Numbered from the stretch's first letter, positions 46,934 through 57,470 are shown. The stretch is 64,000 nt of DNA from a virus (IMGVR_UViG_2687453780_000005:1-64000), one strand, 5' to 3'. Notes: generated by a model from the sequence alone, not told the origin. Numbers and translations are program-made.

Positions 46934-49754
46934 ATAATTTACCTCCGTATCTTTTAAATTTTATATTAAAGATATCAATATCTCCCTCGTTTGATTCTTC
47001 TATGTATGTATTTGATGGTGTTAGTTCATACATTATTTCTGTCAAGACATCGTTCTCATAGTTAAATAGTGCATAAAATAATAACTTCGAAATATGTGAA
47101 TACTTTTTCATGTCTACATATTCTATCAAGGATAGCATCGTATGTTTGTTAATTTTCAATTTACTGATATCGTATACTAATGATTCCCTATATCGATCAG
47201 TTAATAGAAACTTTTCAGATGGAGCATAGTATTCTTTCGACCATATAGCATTAATTGAAGAATTAGTAGACTCGCACATTTTCACAATTTTATTGAGCTG
47301 TTTTTTGTTTACTGAATTTTGACTGAAATCACCAAACCTAAAACACGATGATAATGGAGTAAAATCGCTTCCTTTTGTTTTATCTGAACGATATCTATTA
47401 ACTTCTTTCAATAAATAATCCATTGCTGTTTGGTGATAGTTATATTTCTTTTTATCAGGATTCCGATATCCCTTGGTCTGAGCTATAAACCCTATAAAAG
47501 CTGGTTTTATTGCTTTGTTATTAAATGTACGTCTATCCCACTTGTCTTTTATCGTCTTAAGTTCTCTTACAGAAGAAATATCAAATTCCTTTTTCGCTTT
47601 ATCAATTTCAATACATGACAATACATTTAGAATACAGATATCGTGATATATCTCTTCAATGTCTTTATAGCATTCGGCTAAAGATTTTCTGGATCTATTT
47701 ATGTAATCCCACATCAAAGTATTTAATTCCTGGGATAAATTGACTATCTCACCGATTTTGTTTTCGCTTGTTTTGTAATCCAAGTCCGCCTTATCTGCAT
47801 TTGTGTAGTGTCTTTGAGATTTCTTGGCGGTGACACGATTGGCTGGAACCTTGAAAAAATCGTAATTCTTTAAGGCAGCATCAATTAATATCTCATTGTC
47901 GGTTATTATCATCTGATCGGAATCGAAGTCAGCTCCGCTTAATCGTTCTAAGATATTTTCTCCGATAGAGTTAATACAAACAATTTCATCTGTTAAATTA
48001 AAGTATTTATCAATTAGATCATGCTGCATGTTGGTTGATACCAAAATATTCGATGTTGATATATGTGGGCTACGGCAACCTAAGACTTTTTTACCATACT
48101 TATATCGAGTGGTATGGATATGTCCAGATGGGAGAGATGTAGTTCCGTCAAATTTCCCGATACTATGGAGCAACATTTCAAATGGATTTCCAAATAATAC
48201 AGAATAATTACCATCAATTAAAATATGGCCTTTTTTAATATTTTTTAAGTAAGCTTTGCATGTTTCCTTTTTAAAATCATAATAATATTTAGTGTCATAA
48301 AATGTATCTGAAAGATTCATCATAGTGTAAATAATATCATTCTTATCTTTAAATACATTGCTCAATTCTTCTCCATCGTCTACCGCACACTTAACATGAT
48401 ATTTTAAAACATCACTATCTGTATTTAACAGATTTACATATTCCAGAGACGGCTTTAGCAGCGTATGCACCTCATCTGATGATAGCTGTAGTGTATTTAA
48501 TAACTGGTAATGAGTTTGAACCATCCTGCCATCAAAGAAGTGTGTCTTTTTTTCATGCTTTACTATGCTAAATGTAGAGTCTATATTATTAAGCCATTGC
48601 TCGATAGGAGCAAATTTTATGTATTTTATGCTATTTGGAGTTGTAATAAGTTTTATGTCGCGAATATCTCTTGCAAGTGTAATACTATCTTTATGTAGTT
48701 GCGAAATATTGGTAATGTTATTATCTTCAAACCATTTTTGTATATTTGTATTAAAACAGCATGATTTAAAAAATCTATTTCTCAAAAGAACCATTCCATA
48801 TTTTGAATAGTCACCAAGAAGACTGATATCTATCAAAGACTGTCCATCGAATATTGAGTTGGATATCTCAACACTACCTTCTTGCACCGATATCTTCTTT
48901 TCATCGTCCATTTCTACGATAATAGAATCTTCAGAAAATACGCTATCGTAATCTGGGATTATTAATATATTTTTATGATCTATCGTGAGTAAGTCTATAG
49001 CACTGCTTGTTGGCAATGATATATAAGACTCGAAGGCGGCTAAATCAATCAAATCTCCTTCATTAATATCAAGTCCACATAGATCCCATTCGTGAATGTC
49101 TGCGTATAGTCTTTCGTCTACAAATAGACACTTTCCGACTCTCGATGATCCAGATGTCCTTTTTAAACGAATATAATGTGTGCCATTACAATTAAATCCA
49201 TTTTCATATAGGTAATCTCTTAGTTCTTTTTTTGTATATGAGACTTGCACTGTTTTGACGGTATATACTTGATTTCCATACCTATCTTCTTCAAAATTAA
49301 AACCATCTGGTAGCTCGAAACGGGTGATTTCTCTGGTGGGAGTGAGAGCTACAACTCCTACTATAACGCCATCATCTAAGGCTATATTGTCTGTAAAATG
49401 AAGATCGTCTAGTAAATATCCATCCATAACATATGTATTGGCTTTGACCTTATTAAAATCTTTGCTACTATACTTAAAAGTTACATTTATAATTTTATCA
49501 GTAAATTCTTTCCCATTGTGTGTAAAAGTGAATGTATCGCTTTTATCGTAAATGCGACTTACAATCTCTCTTATTTTTTCACTATCAAGGCTAAAATCCA
49601 GTGAGTTAATAAACCGATTGAAATTCACATCACCCTTCTTTGTCAATAATCTATAGCCTATTTTATTTTTCTTTTCGTCTAAAAAATTGTTTGCAAGGAA
49701 CAAATCCTTCGCATCAACGCTTGGTATATAAATACAATTTCTTTTTGACTGCAA
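46926..49754 (-). CDS. yonO: YonO-like single-subunit RNA polymerase
   Basis: 942 aa; RxP (GCRSPH), catalytic LSGADFDSD, and IDKAK motifs; SPbeta-like context. Confidence 0.82.
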   Translation of the reverse strand: MQSKRNCIYIPSVDAKDLFLANNFLDEKKNKIGYRLLTKKGDVNFNRFINSLDFSLDSEKIREIVSRIYDKSDTFTFTHNGKEFTDKIINVTFKYSSKDFNKVKANTYVMDGYLLDDLHFTDNIALDDGVIVGVVALTPTREITRFELPDGFNFEEDRYGNQVYTVKTVQVSYTKKELRDYLYENGFNCNGTHYIRLKRTSGSSRVGKCLFVDERLYADIHEWDLCGLDINEGDLIDLAAFESYISLPTSSAIDLLTIDHKNILIIPDYDSVFSEDSIIVEMDDEKKISVQEGSVEISNSIFDGQSLIDISLLGDYSKYGMVLLRNRFFKSCCFNTNIQKWFEDNNITNISQLHKDSITLARDIRDIKLITTPNSIKYIKFAPIEQWLNNIDSTFSIVKHEKKTHFFDGRMVQTHYQLLNTLQLSSDEVHTLLKPSLEYVNLLNTDSDVLKYHVKCAVDDGEELSNVFKDKNDIIYTMMNLSDTFYDTKYYYDFKKETCKAYLKNIKKGHILIDGNYSVLFGNPFEMLLHSIGKFDGTTSLPSGHIHTTRYKYGKKVLGCRSPHISTSNILVSTNMQHDLIDKYFNLTDEIVCINSIGENILERLSGADFDSDQMIITDNEILIDAALKNYDFFKVPANRVTAKKSQRHYTNADKADLDYKTSENKIGEIVNLSQELNTLMWDYINRSRKSLAECYKDIEEIYHDICILNVLSCIEIDKAKKEFDISSVRELKTIKDKWDRRTFNNKAIKPAFIGFIAQTKGYRNPDKKKYNYHQTAMDYLLKEVNRYRSDKTKGSDFTPLSSCFRFGDFSQNSVNKKQLNKIVKMCESTNSSINAIWSKEYYAPSEKFLLTDRYRESLVYDISKLKINKHTMLSLIEYVDMKKYSHISKLLFYALFNYENDVLTEIMYELTPSNTYIEESNEGDIDIFNIKFKRYGGKLFE

Positions 49755-49756
49755 TA

Positions 49757-51571
49757 TTATTCCTCCATTAATCTAATGTCTCCATTTATGCCATATGCTA
49801 ATTCGTTCATCGACTTAAGTAAAATGTCTTTAAAATATTTTTCATCAGCGTCAACTGGCACTCCATTTGGAGCAAAGTTTATTAAATATGTATTGTCTAA
49901 TAAAAACAAACGCTTACAAAATAATGTATCACCTTCAATTTTCCAGCATTTATTTTTACATGAGTTAACCATATCGCATAAATAGCTAACGATTTTTTCA
50001 ATACGATATATATATTTTATTTTGTTACAAAATCTTTCAGAGATTATTTCATCCAGTTTGTTGAAATCATGATTAGCATCGTAATCATATGTTTCCATTT
50101 CTAAATAATCATATAATAGCCAAATTTTTCTAAAATCAGACGATACTCTTATTTTTATACTGTCGTTATTCGTGCACATTGCTTCCAACTTGCTTATAGC
50201 TTTTCGATATCCAGAATTGTTCATCAGTGCTGTTTTTATCTGCTCATTTTTAAAATTCAGAAATGCGGCACTTTTGTATTCTTCATAATATCTTTCTATC
50301 ACGGCTGAATTTATATGACATAACTGCAACTCAACTCGTCCAATTTCTTCTTTTATGTAAGGGCTGTGTATGTAGTCATGAAAAGTAATATTAAAGATCA
50401 ATTCACTAAAAGGATAATTACTTACAGACCAATGGCTTCGTGGTGCTATTAACTTAATATATTCAAAGTTACTAATAGTTTCCAATGCTCTTATCTTTTT
50501 TGATGAAGCTTCGGTCTTGCATTTTAGTAAATCAATAGCATTTTGAAAGTCCTTTTTAATAAGTAACCCCTGTTCCACTTTAATTCTATAAAAAACTCTT
50601 TCAAAACAAGTATAGTCTAGATATTTTATAGCACTTTTGAAATTCACCTCATATATTAAAGGCGATACATGGGAGCAAGACACTTCGATACCGGGAATGT
50701 CGTCGTTATCATTTTGTAAGAGCGTTAAAATGTCAAAAAATTGCTTATTTATAATTTCCTTAAACTGATCTTTAAAAGATGTGCATGTCTTGTTTTTTAG
50801 ATTTTTATAGCACCATACCTGGTCAGCATAGTCCATTGAATTAAAAGCAGACACTACATCGTTTTCAGAGACATTATCGCTTTTATATTGACACAATACA
50901 TTCCAGAACCAATCCAATTTTTCCCATTGCATCTTATAATTTAGTTTATCTTGTCGCTTCCATTCTAGCTTTCGCCTTGCAATGGTACTGTCATAATCAT
51001 TTTTCGTGTATGACTTTATAAAACACTCCCCATCTGAATAAATCACTTTAAATTCAGGGATATCATTGTTGTGCTTTTGATTTATAAATTCTCTTGCGTT
51101 GATTTCAATCACATCGTTACCCAGTTCATCCCAAACAGGAATGTAGTGAGCTGACTTTTTGTTGGAATATGCTATTTCAACAAAAAATGTTTTCCCATCT
51201 TTAGTTTCCACAATGATGTCTGGTCGGTAATCTCCAAATGAAGTATGTAATGTTTTTTCAGTTTCAATACCTGATACTGTAAAGGTGTCACCATCAACTA
51301 TAAAAACGCTACTATTTTCAAATAGCCATGTTTTACAAATATAGTGAACAAAGCTTTCTTCTGAACACCCTCCAGATTCATGATAGAAATGCGGCTGAAC
51401 AAGATATTCGTTTTCTTTTTTGTACGCCCTTGGTTTTACAACGCCTTTGCAACAGGGGCAGTAGTAAATTCTGTCGTCTCTAACATCATTAATATGTACA
51501 TAGTTTGCAGTATCATCTTTGTTATCTAAAGCAACGATAAGCTGTGGCAGATCGTTATAGTTGTTTTTCAA
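49757..51571 (-). CDS. Protein with N-terminal CoiA-like Zn-finger/PD-(D/E)XK nuclease domain
   Basis: YCPCC, PHFYH, EESFVH, RPDI...FVEI. Confidence 0.68.
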   Translation of the reverse strand: MKNNYNDLPQLIVALDNKDDTANYVHINDVRDDRIYYCPCCKGVVKPRAYKKENEYLVQPHFYHESGGCSEESFVHYICKTWLFENSSVFIVDGDTFTVSGIETEKTLHTSFGDYRPDIIVETKDGKTFFVEIAYSNKKSAHYIPVWDELGNDVIEINAREFINQKHNNDIPEFKVIYSDGECFIKSYTKNDYDSTIARRKLEWKRQDKLNYKMQWEKLDWFWNVLCQYKSDNVSENDVVSAFNSMDYADQVWCYKNLKNKTCTSFKDQFKEIINKQFFDILTLLQNDNDDIPGIEVSCSHVSPLIYEVNFKSAIKYLDYTCFERVFYRIKVEQGLLIKKDFQNAIDLLKCKTEASSKKIRALETISNFEYIKLIAPRSHWSVSNYPFSELIFNITFHDYIHSPYIKEEIGRVELQLCHINSAVIERYYEEYKSAAFLNFKNEQIKTALMNNSGYRKAISKLEAMCTNNDSIKIRVSSDFRKIWLLYDYLEMETYDYDANHDFNKLDEIISERFCNKIKYIYRIEKIVSYLCDMVNSCKNKCWKIEGDTLFCKRLFLLDNTYLINFAPNGVPVDADEKYFKDILLKSMNELAYGINGDIRLMEE

Positions 51572-51592
51572 ATAATCCCTCCCTTTGTAACT

Positions 51593-51991
51593 CTACGCAA
51601 TTTCTTTCATCCACTCTATAGTCAGAGCAATACCATTATCTAGTTCCTTTATGTATCTATCTAAAAATCTTGTTTCAATCATTCTATTGACAAGCCTATC
51701 TACATCGTAGCTAATTGTGACATCACGGCTTGCAATTTCCTGAGTAGAAACCGGCCATCTAAATTCCTGATGCGCTTGGTATGGAGTGTCAGCATATTCC
51801 CGAAGTTCTACTTCAATTCTATATTTGCTTTTATCAGTATCAGATGATCTATAGATTACAATAATGTCACACAATATATTCCCATTAGAATCCCGATACT
51901 TGTATGTATTTAAGTATGATTTTATTACGTCACTCATTTTATGATTCTCCTCGCAATTATCATTATTTGTTATTTTGCTGACAAGTACCAA
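51593..51991 (-). CDS. Hypothetical protein
   Basis: ORF track; likely start MSDVIK. Confidence 0.6.
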   Translation of the reverse strand: MVLVSKITNNDNCEENHKMSDVIKSYLNTYKYRDSNGNILCDIIVIYRSSDTDKSKYRIEVELREYADTPYQAHQEFRWPVSTQEIASRDVTISYDVDRLVNRMIETRFLDRYIKELDNGIALTIEWMKEIA

Positions 51992-52323
51992 ATGCCGTCT
52001 TGTCTATCTAAAACAATATTAAATCCGTAAATCCTTATTAGTTCATGAAGCTGTTCCTCCGTAAACAAATATCCTATTGACCCATTATGTAAATTCCATA
52101 AGCATTCATTAACAACATCATTAGCGTAGAGATTCAATTTTGTACACTTTGATCCATTTGAATTTAAGACAATAAACGTCTTTAAATATTCAAGATAGTC
52201 TACACATGGTTTTCTTGCCTCCTTCATAGAAATTACATATCTATTTATTCCCTTACCGGTAGTACGATGACTCACCGGATTTCTAAAAAACTCATCTAAT
52301 CCTTTTCTGCTGTTAATCTCCAA
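51970..52323 (-). CDS. Hypothetical protein
   Basis: 117 aa, AAGGAG RBS. Confidence 0.65.
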   Translation of the reverse strand: MEINSRKGLDEFFRNPVSHRTTGKGINRYVISMKEARKPCVDYLEYLKTFIVLNSNGSKCTKLNLYANDVVNECLWNLHNGSIGYLFTEEQLHELIRIYGFNIVLDRQDGIWYLSAK

Positions 52324-52372
52324 TACCTAATTCTCCTTTTACTTTCTATTATTTTTACGATAGTATTCATAG

Positions 52373-53308
52373 TCATTCCTTCCTTTCCAAAAAGTCATAA
52401 TTATCAAATACTGATAAGTCCTTGATCTTGTTTAAATAATCTTCATAACCTTCTTTATCGTATAGTGCTTCATATTTTTTATTATTCTGTTTAACATAAT
52501 TGTAAATCTTGACGATTTCTTCGTCAGGGTATTTAGTTCCTTTACAGAGCCAATAGTACTTTTGGGCTAGTTTACGGTTATCATTAGCTTCTAATTTCTT
52601 TTCTTTAACCTGCCTATGACCGTTTTTATAAAGCATATAATCTTTGGAATATTTTTTAATGTAGTCTTTATCCATATACCTGCCGTAAACATTTGGCAAC
52701 TGCGATATTTCTCCTTTATCATTTATCACGAAATCATCAGCGCGACTTACGTAAATTACGCATAAGTCTTCCAAAATAGTGTTATATCTCATAATTGTTC
52801 TGGTTGATAATCCGCTAATAGTAGATAGATAATCCTGAGTCTGATGACCAACCACGTTACACTTAGATTCCCCACTTTCTAGGAATATGGTTATTTTGCT
52901 ATTTATTGAATCCATTAAATATATGTAATATCTGAATACCTGCAATTTATTTTTGTACTGTGATTCCATGATCTTACGCATTTCACTAATTTTCAAAACT
53001 GTATATTTTTCATTGGTTGTATTTACGTTTAGAGAGTCGCAGTTAAGAATATATGAATCTTTAGATATTTTTTCTCCAATCACATACTTATTTTCTAACA
53101 GCGAATTTGCAGCCATATATATCTTTTTTCGAATTTTCAGTCCTACTTGGTTATCATGATATATTGCAAATAGGAGAGAATCGATGCTGATATAGTAATG
53201 CTCCATTTCAGCTATTGGCATTAATATCTTCAGATAACAATAAACAAGTATTTCATAATCAGTTACAGTTGGAGAACGAGATAATTTCTCCGGTAAAAAT
53301 ATCTTAAT
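52373..53308 (-). CDS. HTH-containing protein, possible replication/regulatory factor (probable ATT start)
   Basis: QDYLSTISGLSTRTIMRY HTH; frame stays open 29 codons upstream to an ATT preceded by GAAAGGAG. Confidence 0.6.
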   Translation of the reverse strand: MKIFLPEKLSRSPTVTDYEILVYCYLKILMPIAEMEHYYISIDSLLFAIYHDNQVGLKIRKKIYMAANSLLENKYVIGEKISKDSYILNCDSLNVNTTNEKYTVLKISEMRKIMESQYKNKLQVFRYYIYLMDSINSKITIFLESGESKCNVVGHQTQDYLSTISGLSTRTIMRYNTILEDLCVIYVSRADDFVINDKGEISQLPNVYGRYMDKDYIKKYSKDYMLYKNGHRQVKEKKLEANDNRKLAQKYYWLCKGTKYPDEEIVKIYNYVKQNNKKYEALYDKEGYEDYLNKIKDLSVFDNYDFLERKE

Positions 53309-53554
53309 AAGCAGCTCCTTTCTTTCACCATAGTGACAGCTAGGTACCTCACGACTATACCATCGTGTAGAGTGTAGGGTATGGTTTCAGGTACCCAGTT
53401 GTCAGTCAATAACAATATATAATAATAACAATATATAACTATTTAACATTCACTCTATTGCATAGAGTTGAATCGAGGATTCTTTTTCTCTGGTACTACA
53501 TTTCTGGTAAGTACCATCTCTACTGTAATAATTCTGCATATGTAAATTTATCCC

Positions 53555-53842
53555 TTATATAAATTTCACTTCTACAGTTTTGTATCCCATCATCTTGGCA
53601 ATCAGATATGTAATGTAGCCATCTGTTAGAGTATTCTTCTTGTCAACAACGATAGGAGATAAGAAGTCACCGGTACGAATGTAATATGTATACTTTGCTG
53701 CTAGGTTATCTACTCTAGGTGGGTGAGATAACATTTCTGGTGGAATAGTGATCTTGGATAGAGGTATTGCTTTTTTCTGTAAGGTCTGTAATTTCAAATT
53801 ACTTCTGATATGTAACAGGTTAGTGAATCTAATAATCTTCAT
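53555..53842 (-). CDS. ParB/Srx N-terminal-like protein
   Basis: PIVVD...LTDGYITY, a variant of the IDGHHR motif. Confidence 0.6.
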   Translation of the reverse strand: MKIIRFTNLLHIRSNLKLQTLQKKAIPLSKITIPPEMLSHPPRVDNLAAKYTYYIRTGDFLSPIVVDKKNTLTDGYITYLIAKMMGYKTVEVKFI

Positions 53843-55387
53843 TTAAATCCTCCTTGTAGTGTGATTATGGTTTTCTTTATTTGCTTGTATGAATCATAAC
53901 ACTTACGGATTATGATGTCAATAGTTTTCTTTATTTATTTGTAATTATATTTTCAAACAATTGGTTAGGTAAAATTATAAGATGTGAAAATGGTGAGTTC
54001 GGCAGATAGGATTATTTTTTGCATTATATAGGAAACAAATGCTTATCCTGTAATGGTTTGTTGGGTGTGGGAGTAGTAAGAGAGTAGTGATCGGAGATAT
54101 GGGTTTTGTGAAAATAGGGGTGAGTTCGTAAAGATGCTTATTTTATAAGGGTTTGCTTGACTTCAGAGAGGGGAAAGTGCTGATTTTGAATTGTCTGTAA
54201 ATTCAATTTGGCCTTATTTTATATGTATTCCTTCGAACTCACTAACGAACTCATTTTGTGTGATTTTGGAAATTGTATAGACAATTAGATAGTGTACAGG
54301 GTGGTAATGTAGTTGAGACATGAAATTATGATGATTTTATTGTATCTGATAATTTGATTAATTGTAGTTGTAATATGTGGGGATTTTATGATAAAAGAGG
54401 TTGAAATTTCAACTTGATGTGTGAGTAGAACTGATATGCGGTATTCCGACACGTAAAAACAGTCTCAAAATGTAAATATACCCCGGTCATGGGTAATGAA
54501 ATAATATACAACAAATAGGCATGTTAACCTATGCGTAATAGGGCATAATTACATGTTCAATGTATACCACTATATATGTCTGCGTTAAACTCTTGTTTAG
54601 TGCAATGATAGTAAAAATAGTGCATAGTTTGCAATGGTTAAATATATGCATATTGTACAAGCGAATGATATGATTATAGAATTGTAGCTAATTGTATGAA
54701 TGAAATTGATATTGACAGATAATTATGATGGCGCAATGATGGATAAATGAATTACTGTAGCAGGTAAAGGGGCGGTGGTTACGATGCCTTTATGCGACCA
54801 GGTATCGTCAAGTCTGATATAGCTAGTAAGTTTGGCAAGGTTCGTTGTAATTAAATACTACAAGTGTAATATTAACAATAATATAAAAAGATACTAACTA
54901 TAATTTATATACTAACTTACTATAATATACTTAGTATCATATCAACCCTAACATCTTTGTTTCATGGTATATAAACAATACTAACTGCATAAAAGATAGT
55001 AAGTGTAAAAAAGATAATAACTATATAAAATATACTTAGTATAAAAAAGATACCATTGTGTCATATCAAGGTTTCTTAGAATTTACATGATTATACCTTA
55101 TTCATTTTACCACTCGGCCATCATATTATCATACACTCCACAACACATTTAAACGCTTAATTTCTCATCGTAATCGCATACCCTTACACTTTATCATTCA
55201 TGCCATTACAAGCTGTATATGAGCCAAATAACAACACGTACAATCAATGCAACACCATCATATCCCATCAATAATTAATCTATATCAATCAGTCATATTC
55301 CGACACATTCCATCATACCATATCAATATCAGCGACATGATATCCAATAGTAACCAAAAAATATACAGTTTATTCCATATTTCTTAC

Positions 55388-55444
55388 TTGACAAAGTCGA
55401 ACATACATACTATTATTGAACTCACAGACAAAGAACATACGTAC
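55388..55444 (+). promoter_or_regulatory. Sigma-A promoter with two LexA-like boxes
   Basis: TTGACA-17-TATTAT; GAACATACATAC in the spacer and GAACATACGTAC at 55433. Confidence 0.65.
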
Positions 55445-55458
55445 TAGTGTTATGGCTT

Positions 55459-55782
55459 TTACATAATTACGTCATCGTCATCAAGATTAAGAAAGTCTTT
55501 TACTATGCCATCAATATCTTTGTTGCTGTTATCATGTGGTACATCAATCATATGATCCGTGTCTTTGTTTCGCTCTCTAATAACAAGGTCACATTTATAG
55601 TTGATTGCAGCACAAAGCAATTGTACATCGGTTACAGTAAGTTCTTTCTTCTTAAATACATTTTGTAGTTGTTGGGGGCTTATTCCCATCATTCTAGCTA
55701 CATGAGCGTTACTAATGCCATTTGTTAATAGGTACATGCGATAATCAATTATGAATTGTCCACTACTTATAAATTGCAACAT
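55459..55782 (-). CDS. HTH regulator (candidate repressor)
   Basis: SNAHVARMMGISPQQLQNVFKK; GGAGGT RBS before MLQFIS; divergent from the early genes. Confidence 0.75.
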   Translation of the reverse strand: MLQFISSGQFIIDYRMYLLTNGISNAHVARMMGISPQQLQNVFKKKELTVTDVQLLCAAINYKCDLVIRERNKDTDHMIDVPHDNSNKDIDGIVKDFLNLDDDDVIM

Positions 55783-56001
55783 ACTTTTACCTCCGTTATA
55801 GCGGTATATTATTATATCAAATTTATTTATATTTATCATTATATATGTTTACCTAAAATAATGCAAACTTTTGTACAATGCCACGACATAAAATTATTTA
55901 ATAAAAATGTAAATAAAACTATTTACAAACATAAAGCAATGTGATATACTTGTATCAAGTTAAGAGAAATAAGAGAAATAATGAAAGCGAGATAATCACC
56001 T

Positions 56002-56166
56002 ATGAAACATATTATCACATACTACAAAAACGAAAAGGCAGTTAAAACTTTAAATTATGAATGCAATCCAAACGCCACAAAATCTGAGATTAGCAGCAAA
56101 TGTCTTCAGTTTGCAAAACAGAATAAGCCAGCAAATTATGATTATTACGAGATAGCACAAGTCTAA
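56002..56166 (+). CDS. Small early protein (54 aa, not in ORF track)
   Basis: MKHIITYYKNEKAVK...; promoter TTTACA...TATACT upstream. Confidence 0.6.
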   Translation: MKHIITYYKNEKAVKTLNYECNPNATKSEISSKCLQFAKQNKPANYDYYEIAQV

Positions 56167-56314
56167 ACGACAAGCGTTCCGTCGGGTGCAATTCCTGACT
56201 AGGCTCTCAACAAGTGATGATACTTGTTTCCATCAGTGGCACATTGATAATTTAATAGACTTTACACTATCGCATATGATATAATAGGACTATATCAGAA
56301 AAGGATGTGATAGC

Positions 56315-56533
56315 ATGAGTAACAAAGAACGCATTATGCAGTTAATAGATGGTGTACCAGACAGCAAACTTGTATTTGTGGTTGACATGCTGGAATCACT
56401 AAAAGCATATGCAGGGGAATCCATAGAACCTGATAGCTGGGATTTACAAATGATTAAACAGGCAGAATTATTAAACGATGGCGAAACAGTAACGTTTGAT
56501 GATTTATGCAACGAATTAGGCATTAATCTATGA
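56315..56533 (+). CDS. Putative antitoxin
   Basis: Acidic 72 aa ending GETVTFDDLCNELGI; overlaps the toxin gene by ATGA. Confidence 0.75.
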   Translation: MSNKERIMQLIDGVPDSKLVFVVDMLESLKAYAGESIEPDSWDLQMIKQAELLNDGETVTFDDLCNELGINL

Positions 56534-56784
56534 GTGGTTACAAGACTATTTTTGAGAAAGCAGCTATAAAGTTTCTAAAAAAACAAACCCCTAAAATGCA
56601 AAGTATGATTCTGATGGCAATTTCAAAATTACCTGAAGGTACAGATATTAAGAAGTTGCAAGGTTATGAATTATATCGTATGCGTGTTGGAAATGTAAGA
56701 GTGATTTATTCAATTGATAATGACGTAAAAATCATTAACATAGAAAACATTGACAACCGAGGACAAATATACAAAAGATATTAA
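56530..56784 (+). CDS. relE: RelE/ParE-family toxin
   Basis: IKKLQG..LYRMRVGNVRVIY...IDNRGQIYK. Confidence 0.88.
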   Translation: MSGYKTIFEKAAIKFLKKQTPKMQSMILMAISKLPEGTDIKKLQGYELYRMRVGNVRVIYSIDNDVKIINIENIDNRGQIYKRY

Positions 56785-57173
56785 AATCCAAAGGGTGTAA
56801 AGTCTGTTAGATTATCAACGGCTTTGCACTCTTTTTCTTATGAAGTCTATCAGGGCGAGCCTGTAGCGTCAAAGCAAATAGACGGTTTAACAAGTGGATG
56901 ATCACTTGCACCAAAATGGACGGAATAACCAAAAAGAGCCTGACTACTCGCAATAGTCAGACCCTTGGGGAACACACTTGAAAATGTGATCACGTTACTA
57001 GTTTCATATCATATCACATTTCTATGATTTATTCAAGTGTTAATTCCAAACGTGCAAACTGTACCTTGAAAAGTGAATAGAAATGTATTAGATCAATTAT
57101 TTTCATTTAATATATTCTGTTGGATTTACCATGAATGTGGTACAATGTTACTGAAATGACAGGAGGTGTTAAA

Positions 57174-57434
57174 ATGATAACATACTATAAATTACTTGAT
57201 ATGCTCAACCGACAAGGAATGACAAGGGAACAGCTTAAAAATGCCGCTGGTTTATCTTCGGCGACTATGACAAAAATATCTAAGCAAGAGTCGGTTACAC
57301 TAAAAACTATCGATTCTATTTGTAGAGTAATGAAATGTCAGCCAGGAGATATATTGCAGTACAATGATATGACCTATGATGATTATGCTATATTGCAAAA
57401 AGAAAAACAACTAAAAAATAGAGAAAATCTTTAG
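57174..57434 (+). CDS. Cro/C1-type HTH protein
   Basis: MITYYKL...GLSSATMTKI...CQPGDI; AGGAGGTG RBS. Confidence 0.85.
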   Translation: MITYYKLLDMLNRQGMTREQLKNAAGLSSATMTKISKQESVTLKTIDSICRVMKCQPGDILQYNDMTYDDYAILQKEKQLKNRENL

Positions 57435-57441
57435 AAAACAG

Positions 57442-57470
57442 TTGACATTGATTTGAAATCATGATATACT
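57442..57470 (+). promoter_or_regulatory. Strong sigma-A early promoter
   Basis: TTGACA-17-TATACT with extended TG. Confidence 0.75.

Noticed and set aside
56165-56210. Third tRNA
   Set aside because: Only a T-arm-like hairpin; no full cloverleaf.
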